This document shows positions 1-9,074 of a stretch of 64,000 nucleotides of DNA, piece after piece (the stretch's first letter is position 1; each line of letters begins with the position of its first letter). Origin of the DNA: Laetmonice hystrix (taxonomy: Eukaryota); the NCBI GenBank assembly GCA_965235115.1, contig OZ249451.1, forward strand, positions 18,662,001 to 18,726,000, in the 5' to 3' direction. Under the pieces are notes generated by a model. It was not told the DNA's origin and did not search any database. It was given only the letters and a program-made list of their open reading frames with translations. A program made the position numbers and the translations under genes.

Positions 1-12
1 CGTCAATCTGTC

Positions 13-300
13 GCCGTGTAGGACGCTGATGGGATCTGTCATATAGGACTACTATATACACATTGTTGTGTGTACATGGTGGCTCAGACACATCAACTAT
101 CTGCTGCCCTGCTGTTTCACGCCATACAGGACGCTGATGGGTTCTGGTCATATAGGACTACTATAGACACATTGTTGTGTGTACATGGTGGCTCAGACAC
201 ATCAACTATCTGCTGCCCTGCTGTTTCACGCCATACAGGACGCTGATGGGATCTGGTCATATAGGACTACTATATACACATTGTTGTGTGTACATGGTGG
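13..300. repeat. 109-bp minisatellite, left part (insertion target)
   Basis: Unit starts at 51, 160 and 269; interrupted at 300. Confidence 0.95.
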
Positions 301-498
301 TTGAGATATTAGTTTTAGGTGTGCTCTGTGCGATGTTTGACCGGTGAATGTGGAGTGAGAAGGTCAGTGGGCGGAAAGAGAAATAGAACATGGAACTTTG
401 GGAGATTTAGGGACTGTCGGGTATAGTCTAAAATGTGGTTACAGGTTGAACCACGAGGGGGCGGTAATGACCCCCCATGAGCAAGCCCATGGGGAAAC
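301..498 (-). repeat. 3' terminal direct repeat (A2), 198 bp
   Basis: Identical to 5279-5476 and abuts host minisatellite directly at 300/301. Confidence 0.97.
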
Positions 499-709
499 CA
501 TTACCCTACATCCCCTCGGGCTCAACATAAGACAAGTGTTGGGGAATAGCACATTTATTTCACCGGATATTAAAAACATGATACAATAATAAAATCGACT
601 TAGGAGATGAGGTAAATAATGGGTTAAAATATGACTTATGATAAAATGGCCAAGCCCCAAACTAAAATGGAAGTGAGGGTTATTGAATAATAAGTACGAT
701 TACATTTAC
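499..709 (-). promoter_or_regulatory. Element 3' UTR / B-like segment with AATAAA
   Basis: 211-bp AT-rich segment between the YR stop and A2, with minus-strand AATAAA at 554-559. Function is inferred. Confidence 0.5.
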
Positions 710-3700
710 TCAAGAGCTCGTCAATCTTTGAACCAGGTATTTTGAAACCGCATTTGCATCCATTAGCCTTATATATTTCTTATACGCATTAGAGGACCAG
801 GCACCGAAGTTCTGGACCTGGAGCTGGGAGAAGCCGCCCGCGAACGCGTCAGTGGCTGCGGATCTCCGGATGCTATGGAGTGAGACCGTCTGATGGGGTC
901 CCCCCAACCTCTGGATGATGGTTCGCAATTCCGCCGTCAGCCACCTAGCTGTGACTGGTGAATAATCCGCAGTGTGAACCAACAGAGGCTGTACCGGCGA
1001 CTTAGTGGGGGTATCTCTGATGACCTGGCGATACATAGTCACTGGGCACAACATGGGGTCTGGCCCGGGTGGGAGTGCGATTACCCTACTTTGATTATAG
1101 AGCTGCTGGTTCTTTGCCCATTTCTGCGATATAATTAACATTTCATCCTTAATATACACATCCTTCCTTGTGAGGTGTCTGTCTGGATCAAATCTGGACT
1201 GTGATGGGGGCACCACCTCCGATTGACGTGCGCCTGCGTAGTATAAGAGTAGGAATGCGAATCGGACGGAGTTCCCTAAGTAGCGTGACACTGTTGCCAA
1301 CATGACTGCCCTAAGCAATGCTGTATCTAGCGGTGGCTTTTGTAGTGGCGTATGGTCCTTCCGTCGTTTATGTGCATCTATTGCCAACTGGACGCGATAG
1401 GATTCGAATGCACTATTTTGGACTACCATCCTCCTAAGATACTGTCGGATAGCGGAGACATAATTTTCTATCGATGCTGGTGACTTAAGGAAGGTCGAGA
1501 AATATTCAATACACATGCATGCGTCCTGGACTGCTGGGGCTTTGTGATGAACCTGGAACCTGTGACAGAACGCCAAATACGCACTGACTGCAGTCCTGTA
1601 GTTTGCAGCTGTTCCCGGTGCCCTGGCGGCCCCTTGAGTTTGTACAGCTTGCCTAATGAGCCTGTCCCTCGCTGGATCCGTGGAGTACACAGTGACGGCA
1701 GCAGCGTTGTCGGAACGAACCATCACAGTCGTGCCCATCTGCTCTTGTGATAGAAACGTCCTGAGGGCTATAAGTACATTCACTGCCTCAATGTCTGAAA
1801 TATGCATGTCTTTCATAAAGGTGGGGATCGTTACCGAGTAGAACCTGTTCCCATCCGAGGCCCCTATACCTGATTTACACGCGTCTGCTACAATCTCCTT
1901 ACTGATACAGTCATTGTTTATTATTGACTTCCCGTTCCACTTAGGCAGAAAGTTAACGAACCAGTCAAGGTCACGTTTGTCCTCTCGAGTGAGGCAAATA
2001 TATCCACCTTTCGCGTCCCGGAAGGCCTGAAGCAGCCTACCCACAAACAGACGTGCTGGTGTGACACATTTGGAGATGTGCAGTATACGACCCAGGAGCC
2101 TCTGCATCCCTTTTTTGGTAATAGAACGTTTTTCTCGTACCTTTTCCACCTCTGTGAGAGTTTCTTCGATTTTCTTTTTTGGAATACTGACCAGCATGTT
2201 TTGAGTATCAATATCTATGCCGAGCCACTTAACCATAGTTGCTGGGGGCTGAGTCTTGTCAAATGCCTCTGGCAGGCCAAGTTCAACGAACAGATCCCGG
2301 GTCACCGTAAATCCCCGGCTGGCCTCCTTCATGTTCGGTGCAATGCCTATCAGGTCATCCAGGTACATATACGAAGAGACGCCCCTACTCCTTAGTACCG
2401 ACGTTATCACACCTGCCACACGGCCCATGTGTGCAGATGACACACGGGCTCCAAATGGCATTGCTATGTCTAGATATGTATTGCGTTTCCACTTGAATGT
2501 GAGCAGCGGCCAATCTAATGGGCAGCTGCGAAAGTTTTTATATGCGCGAGCTATATCTACGGTAAAAAGTACTGCGCCTGGTCCTATCCTATTTATCTCT
2601 CGTAATACACTATCGACAGTAGGAAGGGTGTGTTCCCTGAGCGTGCCTAAGACAGTGTTCTTAGCAATAAACGCATTAACTGATTTGTCAGTTGGGTATG
2701 ACATATCCATTATCACTCTCCTGTTTATGAAATCCGACTTGGGGCGAGTCATGAGTGGTGACACATGGCACCACTCAACAAACGGTGGGGCTGTGAATGG
2801 ACCCAGGACGGCGCCCCTATTGAGTTCTGAGTCAATGAACTTATGAACCTGCTCGGGGAATTGTTCTGCACTATCATGGTTGGGAGTTTCAGTTGTGTCT
2901 GATACTGGGCCAATGTATCCTAATGGGAAGCCGTATTTAATAAAACCAAGTAGTTCAGTGTCCTCCCCGTCTTTAGAGAGGTATTTTTCCCATGCTGGGA
3001 TGTTTAGCTGCGAGGGGACCACCATTTTTTGTCCGATGCAATTATGTAACCCTGACGCTTTAACTTTCCGATAAATGTTGTATAATTCACTGCCGAGAAC
3101 CTTACGATCGGCGTTCGGCCAAAACTTTCGCCTATATTCGGGGATAGCGTCTCCATAGACGTCTCCCATGTTTAGTGGGAGGTTCAATTCACATCTTCTC
3201 CTAATCTCCTGAAAGTCTGGTGTGTGTTTAAGGGGTGGTGCTTCATTGCCTCGATTGGGGCGTGCAGCACACAATGCATTTTTATTGTCTGGCCTGGTGA
3301 CGCGTAATGGTATAATGTTGGTAGGTGTGGGCGGTGATTGCTGGGTGTTGCCCTCGGTCAGCCTACACGTTGGTGCAGGCCTGGTGACGCAGAGTGACAT
3401 AGCATTGACGGGTGTAGGCAGTGGTTGCTGAGTGTTGCCCTCGGTCAGCCTACACGTTGGTGCAGGCCTGGTGACGCGGAGTGACATAGCATTGACGGGT
3501 GTAGGCAGTGGTTGCTGAGTGTTGCCCTCGGTCAGCCTACACGTTGGTGCAGGCCTGGTGACGCAGAGTGACATAGCATTGACGGGTGTAGGCAGTGGTT
3601 GCTGAGTGTTGCCCTCGGTCAGCCTACACGTTGGTGCAGGCCTGGTGACGCAGAGTGACATAGCATTGACGGGTGTAGGCAGTGGTTGCTGAGTGTTGCC

Positions 3701-4084
3701 CTCGGTCAGCCTACACGATGGTACAGGCCTGGTGACGCAGAGTGACATAGCATTGACGGGTGTAGGCAGTGGTTGCTGAGTGTTGGCCTCGGTCAGCCTA
3801 CACGATGGTACAGGCCTGGTGACGCAGAGTGACATAGCATTGACGGGTGTAGGCAGTGGTTGCTGAGTGTTGCCCTCGGTCAGCCTACACGATGGTGCAT
3901 GCCTGGTGACGCAGAGTGACATAGCATTAGCGGGTGTATGCCGTAGTTGCTGAGTGTTGCCCTTAGTCAGCCGACACGTTGTTGCAGGCCTAGTAAGGCA
4001 TAGTGACATAACATTAGGTGGTGCAGGCAGTGGTTGCTGAGTGCTTCTACACCCTTCATGTCGGCGCCCAGAGAGGACGCTCAC
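710..4084 (-). CDS. pol: Pol-YR ORF: 29-aa repeats + reverse transcriptase + partial RNase H + tyrosine recombinase (1124 codons; frame is open from 4099, first codon in the track is GTG)
   Basis: RT: VDIARAY, AMPFG, YLDD (2354-2365), WLGIDID. RNase H: ADAC, DIEA, SDN (1706-1714). YR: APGT..NY, YYAGARQSE (Arg), KWAKN (Lys), HSIR (866-877), GAWSS (Trp), YKKY (catalytic Tyr 773-775). No stop codon between the domains. Confidence 0.95.
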   Translation of the reverse strand: MSVLSGRRHEGCRSTQQPLPAPPNVMSLCLTRPATTCRLTKGNTQQLRHTPANAMSLCVTRHAPSCRLTEGNTQQPLPTPVNAMSLCVTRPVPSCRLTEANTQQPLPTPVNAMSLCVTRPVPSCRLTEGNTQQPLPTPVNAMSLCVTRPAPTCRLTEGNTQQPLPTPVNAMSLCVTRPAPTCRLTEGNTQQPLPTPVNAMSLRVTRPAPTCRLTEGNTQQPLPTPVNAMSLCVTRPAPTCRLTEGNTQQSPPTPTNIIPLRVTRPDNKNALCAARPNRGNEAPPLKHTPDFQEIRRRCELNLPLNMGDVYGDAIPEYRRKFWPNADRKVLGSELYNIYRKVKASGLHNCIGQKMVVPSQLNIPAWEKYLSKDGEDTELLGFIKYGFPLGYIGPVSDTTETPNHDSAEQFPEQVHKFIDSELNRGAVLGPFTAPPFVEWCHVSPLMTRPKSDFINRRVIMDMSYPTDKSVNAFIAKNTVLGTLREHTLPTVDSVLREINRIGPGAVLFTVDIARAYKNFRSCPLDWPLLTFKWKRNTYLDIAMPFGARVSSAHMGRVAGVITSVLRSRGVSSYMYLDDLIGIAPNMKEASRGFTVTRDLFVELGLPEAFDKTQPPATMVKWLGIDIDTQNMLVSIPKKKIEETLTEVEKVREKRSITKKGMQRLLGRILHISKCVTPARLFVGRLLQAFRDAKGGYICLTREDKRDLDWFVNFLPKWNGKSIINNDCISKEIVADACKSGIGASDGNRFYSVTIPTFMKDMHISDIEAVNVLIALRTFLSQEQMGTTVMVRSDNAAAVTVYSTDPARDRLIRQAVQTQGAARAPGTAANYRTAVSAYLAFCHRFQVHHKAPAVQDACMCIEYFSTFLKSPASIENYVSAIRQYLRRMVVQNSAFESYRVQLAIDAHKRRKDHTPLQKPPLDTALLRAVMLATVSRYLGNSVRFAFLLLYYAGARQSEVVPPSQSRFDPDRHLTRKDVYIKDEMLIISQKWAKNQQLYNQSRVIALPPGPDPMLCPVTMYRQVIRDTPTKSPVQPLLVHTADYSPVTARWLTAELRTIIQRLGGPHQTVSLHSIRRSAATDAFAGGFSQLQVQNFGAWSSNAYKKYIRLMDANAVSKYLVQRLTSS
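3290..4051 (-). repeat. 87-bp coding tandem repeat (~9 units, 29 aa each) at the N-terminus of Pol
   Basis: Unit period 87 (3421 to 3508). Translates to CRLTEGNTQQPLPTPVNAMSLCVTRPAPT. Confidence 0.97.
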
Positions 4085-4102
4085 CTGTAGTTTTTTGAGT
4101 CA
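4064..4102 (-). promoter_or_regulatory. Candidate -1 programmed ribosomal frameshift signal (A_AAA_AAC + hairpin)
   Basis: Heptamer at 4090-4096 is in the gag frame. The -1 frame opens just upstream (TGA at 4100-4102) and is the pol frame. A GCGTCC/GGGCGC stem with a 5-nt loop starts 9 nt downstream. Confidence 0.75.
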
Positions 4103-5268
4103 CATTGGTGTTGGCCATGTTGACCATAATAACGTGGTGGCTGATGGTTACCTTGCTGTCGCTGACCCATGACCACCATGCGCTGATCCGGTTGCATGCC
4201 CCTCGCTGTCGCGCGCTTGTTACACGATAATGTCATGTGGTTGTAGCGACGCCCTGATAGCGCGTGGCAGAAGCTGCAGACGTGCATGAATAATGTTCGA
4301 CCCTCAACATGTGACTCGGCGTTCGCCTGACATGCGCCTTGGTTAAATGCTGGACATGGGACTTCTACACTTTCAATTTTATTTGTGTTAAAATGACGCG
4401 CTTGTCCAGCCACTGTGAGACGTATGCGTTCATAGTGTATGTCATCCTTATCAGCCCATGTCAGTTCAGCCCGATCAATCTTGTCAAAGATCGTGTTAGA
4501 CCATCTTAGGACGTTCGGCCAGTGTGCGGTCATAGCATCCTGTGTGACCTGATATAGGTGTTCAATAAGGTTAGGGATTTCGCGCTGTTCCGTGACCGTG
4601 GTGTCCCTAATCATTGCCACAAATGCATTAACATATTCCTCATATGTGAGCTTATCTCGCACATCAGCTTTCTGCCTAAGTGTATGGAGTCCATCTCTTT
4701 CGACATATTCGAATGGTTTAATAATGTTTCTACGTGGACGAGAATCAAACAGATTACCTTGACCCTCTGTGTTGGAAAATTGGGGCCGGTCGTCCTGCAG
4801 ATGTTGGCGCACGTATGCGGACGCGTGCCTGTCTCGGCGTATGTCACTGGGGTGTGGAATGTCGTCTGACCCGTGGCGTGTCCGGGTCTGACTGGCCTGT
4901 CGTTGACGGCCCCGAAACTCCGGTGTTCCCGTGTCGGTGCCTCGGAGGGTGATAGTTGCGTCGCATGTAGCCTGGTCGGAGAGCTCCCGTGTTTCGTGTC
5001 TGCGGCCTGGTGTAGATACAGCCGAGCTGTGGCCCCCGGTAGTCGTCTCGAGGAGCCTCGGTGGTCGCTGAAGCGTGGCGGTCAAGTCCATGATACTGGC
5101 CTTCATGGCTGCCACGTCTGTGTACAGCCCCTCCAATTTTTTCACGCGCTCGTCAAGCTCTGCATTTTTGTGCCCTGCCTCTAGTGGTGGCGTCGGCGCT
5201 CGTTCAGGGCTGTCTTCTGAGATAGACTGGTTTTGGCGTCTTTTTCCCGTCTTTTTCTTTGGCGCCAT
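4081..5268 (-). CDS. gag: Gag-like ORF1 of the YR retrotransposon (395 aa)
   Basis: ATG lies 10 nt downstream of the 5' repeat. Basic NLS-like N-terminus (MAPKKKTGKRR), heptad-like segment (LDERVKKLEGLYTDVAAMKASIMDL) and a C-terminal Cys/His cluster (CPAFNQGAC...H...CSFC...H...C). Its position upstream of RT fits YR-retrotransposon gag. Confidence 0.88.
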   Translation of the reverse strand: MAPKKKTGKRRQNQSISEDSPERAPTPPLEAGHKNAELDERVKKLEGLYTDVAAMKASIMDLTATLQRPPRLLETTTGGHSSAVSTPGRRHETRELSDQATCDATITLRGTDTGTPEFRGRQRQASQTRTRHGSDDIPHPSDIRRDRHASAYVRQHLQDDRPQFSNTEGQGNLFDSRPRRNIIKPFEYVERDGLHTLRQKADVRDKLTYEEYVNAFVAMIRDTTVTEQREIPNLIEHLYQVTQDAMTAHWPNVLRWSNTIFDKIDRAELTWADKDDIHYERIRLTVAGQARHFNTNKIESVEVPCPAFNQGACQANAESHVEGRTLFMHVCSFCHALSGRRYNHMTLSCNKRATARGMQPDQRMVVMGQRQQGNHQPPRYYGQHGQHQCDSKNYR

Positions 5269-5278
5269 TGCTTTGCTC

Positions 5279-5476
5279 TTGAGATATTAGTTTTAGGTGT
5301 GCTCTGTGCGATGTTTGACCGGTGAATGTGGAGTGAGAAGGTCAGTGGGCGGAAAGAGAAATAGAACATGGAACTTTGGGAGATTTAGGGACTGTCGGGT
5401 ATAGTCTAAAATGTGGTTACAGGTTGAACCACGAGGGGGCGGTAATGACCCCCCATGAGCAAGCCCATGGGGAAAC
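5279..5476 (-). repeat. 5' terminal direct repeat (A1), 198 bp
   Basis: Base-by-base identical to 301-498. The minus-strand 5' end reads GTTTCCCCATGGG. Confidence 0.97.
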
Positions 5477-5871
5477 ACTATATACACATTGTTGTGTGTA
5501 CATGGTGGCTCAGACACATCAACTATCTGCTGCCCTGCTGTTTCACGCCATACAGGACGCTGATGGGATCTGGTCATATAGGACTACTATATACACATTG
5601 TTGTGTGTACATGGTGGCTCAGACACATCAACTATCTGCTGCCCTGCTGTTTCACGCCATACAGGACGCTGATGGGATCTGGTCATATAGGACTACTATA
5701 TACACATTGTTGTGTGTACATGGTGGCTCAGACACATCAACTATCTGTTGTCCGACTGTTTCACGCCATACAGGACGCTGATGGCATCTGGTCATAGAGG
5801 ACTACTATAGACACATTGTTGTGTGTACATGGTGGCTCAGACACATCAACTATCTGCTGCCCTGTTGTTTC
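5477..5871. repeat. 109-bp minisatellite, right part
   Basis: Unit starts at 5477, 5586, 5695 and 5804; same unit as 13-300. Confidence 0.95.
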
Positions 5872-7067
5872 GAAAACAAGAGCCAAACTCATACTATATG
5901 TAAGGCTTGTTCTTGATGGGGCAGATCTGCACGACTTCAGGCCAGTCCCAAAACGGCCACTACTACATGCGGGCCTTGTTCTTGCAGGATCAAATATCTG
6001 GCGTTTCTACATCTTCAGTCGATGTGAAAGGAATCCAAGTCCCTCTGCAATACAGATCTGACGGACCTGCTATCCCTGAAGTAATTAAGTCTGACAGACC
6101 TGCATTCTTAGGACTTAAAGTCTGTGATATTGTATTATTTAAATATTTCTTCATAATCCTATCCCTAATCCTAACCTTAACCCTAATCCCTTTGTATTTT
6201 CTTAATTACATTGTCTTATACCACGACGTTGATGACCTATAGGACCTCCCACCAAGGAATCCCGGTCCGGCGGACCTCCATTCCGGCGAACTTACATTCC
6301 CTTCACACCTGTCCAATGGTATTTAAACCTCAAATATGAAATTAGAATAATTAAGGAAGGAGAAATTTCATTTATTTTACATATAACTGTTGATTTGTGG
6401 ACGCACTCACGTCTTACGGTACATCTTACCTACACACGACGAGATATAGCCACGTGGCCACAGTCTATACTTAGTCAGTCTCTGGTTGCTAAAGCTGAGT
6501 TGTAGCTAGCCCGCCTCCCATGAATGGAGGACAGGATTGGTACGCTTGATCCAGCCGGCGGCCAGGTCCCTGTCCCTGCCATGTGTCAAATTAGGCTAAT
6601 ACGATATGGCAGCTTCCGCCACGATAGACCTGCAGGCGGCCTGGCATGTACAGTGTTCCTGGCGGCGGGGTGGGGTGGGCGGTGGGGGGGGGGGGGGTGC
6701 GACTGGCCGAGGGGGGGGAGCTCTACACCCCCGTGAGGTGGCGATGTTCATTGAGTCGCCACTCTCTCCGTCGATTCCCGGCGGGCGGGGGGGGGGGGGG
6801 GGGGGTCTGTGTTAGCTGGCCAAACACAACAACTTGAGCCCGCACTCTTTCCACTGAATACAAGACCTTGCCCACCTTGGACTCCTTCCCGTCTCCCCAC
6901 AACACTCCTGTCTGGTGGAGAACCCGGGTACCACTGGGATTGTGTTGTACGGGACACACAACCCGGGGGTATGCGCGTATTGTTAGCGGGCGGAAGGGTT
7001 GTGTTAGAACGCGCCATGCCTGGCCCCGTAGGCGGACTCGGCATACATGGCAGGTGGTGTGATACGG

Positions 7068-7068
<1 letters not shown>

Positions 7069-7113
<45 letters not shown>
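7069..7113. repeat. (CTG)15 microsatellite
   Basis: Perfect trinucleotide run. Confidence 0.97.
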
Positions 7114-7117
<4 letters not shown>

Positions 7118-8806
7118 TACAGGAGGCCCCCCGGCTGCCCACCCCCTCCTCCGTCACTGTAGCTATTTCAGGCCGCGCACACCACGCTACTGCCATTCAT
7201 AAACGCCAACCCGTAATCACCTATGTTGATGATCTCCATTTTTTATATAATCTCCCCCTGATGCCGTGAACGGTGGAGAACAGATGGATGTGGGTTAATG
7301 TATGTAGATCGCGGTGGGAAGCGACGCTCAACACAAACGTGCACGTCAATGGAACCTGCTCGGCGCTGCCGCTCGCTCACTCCCTGCACAAACGTAACCC
7401 AGTCTTTACCGTTAGCATAATGCATAGCAGAACACGATCGTTTGGTCAGCGCCATACAGATCACGATCGGAGGTCTATTTTAGGTGTGCCGGCCCTAATT
7501 GAGGAATGCGTCGTTACGGGCATATAAACGGGACCCACATGGGATCTAACTCTCTGGTGATCGGCCGGTTGTGGGTCTGATCGGCCGTGTTACAGGATGT
7601 TCTCAAGTGTTGGAATTAAAGTCGTTCACGTGAAAACTTGCACCTAGCATGCGACCATCACCCCACCTTCCCACCCCTCACACCCCTCACGCTATTGCCA
7701 TATTACTCATTACCGTCCCAATCTGAAAGGGAAATGGCCACTTTCCATGGGTCGCATAACGACGGAGAAGTCACAGTGCAAAGACAAAAAACCACAAACA
7801 TGAACAACAGACCTGATGATCGGGAGCTACCGTCCATGGCAGGACGAGAGGTGGGGTAAAACACGTTACCCCACCTTACAGGGGTGTGATGATCAGAGCG
7901 TGGGAAAGGTCATGACCCCTCCCGGGCACAGTGCCCCTAACGGCACCCCCTCCGCCTCCTGCCAGCCACCCTCTTTCATCTACAGGCACCCCGGCCTCAA
8001 CATCTGCGCCTCGCCAGGCTCAAAGACAAACGACATTATGGATTACCTTCGTAAGACAAAGAGATTGTCCTCTTTGATGTAGTAGGTGTCTCCATGAAAA
8101 AAACTTTACACATTGTTAATCGAAGCCTAATCAATGCTACACCATGAAAATCTTGTTTTTTAAAATATAATAATAGTGACAGCTCTGTGCAGCGTTAGCT
8201 TTCATTTTTTATGTCTATTGGAAGCCGCACTAACTCCTCCCTCCCGTATTCTCACACAGAGAGAAGGGGTGATTCAATCACATCGCATGGGGTAAAAACA
8301 GGCGCCCCATCCGATTCATCCTGGTTAAAGTGTCTACCCTTGATCAACACTCACAACACATCTCTAATACCTGCGGCCTTATTTCTGGCCACATTGGCGA
8401 ACACCGTGACACGGGACATTACAAAACGTCCATTCATTACGGCCTGCATGTTGTGGCCTACCCCCCCCCCCCCAACCCTTTAACCACCCCCCTTGTCTAT
8501 TCAATCTCCACCTAACACCCCCAGCTGGAGTTTACCCCCTGATTTATACCCCTCGCTATCTGGGTCGGAGGACAAGTATATCAGTCGGCACTAATTCTCG
8601 CTCGCCGTGCCCGCCTGCGAATGGCGGATTTTCCCGGTGACTGGTCAATGTTGCCAGGTTGTGGCATGCCTAACTTGTTCTTTTCCAGGCGAGGCAGAGA
8701 ATGAACGGAGATTTACTGCCGCCCCTGGTTAACCCATAACTAGGCACTCACGTCACACCACAAACAATTTATCCCCGTCTCTTTTAACATCGGGGGTTCC
8801 TGCCTA

Positions 8807-8967
8807 CAGGGTGTCCTATTTTTGTTATGTTTATTTTGTTAATTTGTCCTCGAATTTCACGTCAGTCTATCTATAGATTCCCAAATCCAGATCATAAAAA
8901 CCAACATAAGAATTTTAACTTTTACAATAGACGATTCCCTTTGAGTTCAGACTTTTGCGACACCCTG
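8807..8967. mobile_element. Possible Tc1/mariner-type MITE
   Basis: TA|CAGGGTGTC ... GACACCCTG|TA. Only 9 bp of matching TIR plus TA flanks. Confidence 0.5.
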
Positions 8968-9074
8968 TACAGTGCTACTTTCACCAATGGCACGTGGTAG
9001 AATACCCTATTTGACATAATAAAATATCAAACAAAATTGGATATTATCTTTTGATACTAGGAGCTGAACCCCCC

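Larger units (their letters stand above)
301..5476 (-). mobile_element. Tyrosine-recombinase retrotransposon, Ngaro-like (DIRS order), apparently recent
   Basis: Gag-like ORF followed by an RT/RNase H/YR ORF, bounded by identical 198-bp direct repeats (301-498 = 5279-5476) and flanked on both sides by the same 109-bp minisatellite. No inverted terminal repeats, ICR or adenine-methyltransferase domain were seen, which argues against DIRS1 proper. The RT N-terminal motifs (YGFPLGY, NHDSA, GPFTAPPF, SPLMTRPK, RVIMDMSYP..SVN) match the Ngaro/DIRS style. Confidence 0.95.

Noticed and set aside
398-5781. Plus-strand ORFs over the element (398-589, 2256-2846, 4558-4869, 5376-5672, 5455-5781)
   Set aside because: Antisense shadows of gag/pol, or read-through of the terminal repeat into the minisatellite.
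6160-6192. Degenerate CCCTAA telomere-like repeat
   Set aside because: Only ~5 imperfect units; such tracts are common inside aquatic-animal non-autonomous TEs.
7004-7117. Possible minus-strand terminal exon (poly-Ala then GRITPPAMYAESAYGARHGAF*)
   Set aside because: Weak acceptor, three equally plausible frames over the CAG run, and no recognisable homology.
7198-7272. YVDD motif (PVITYVDDLHF) suggesting a second RT
   Set aside because: No upstream PFG/PQG or other RT motifs in frame; the flanking frame is poly-Leu from the CTG run and stops shortly after.
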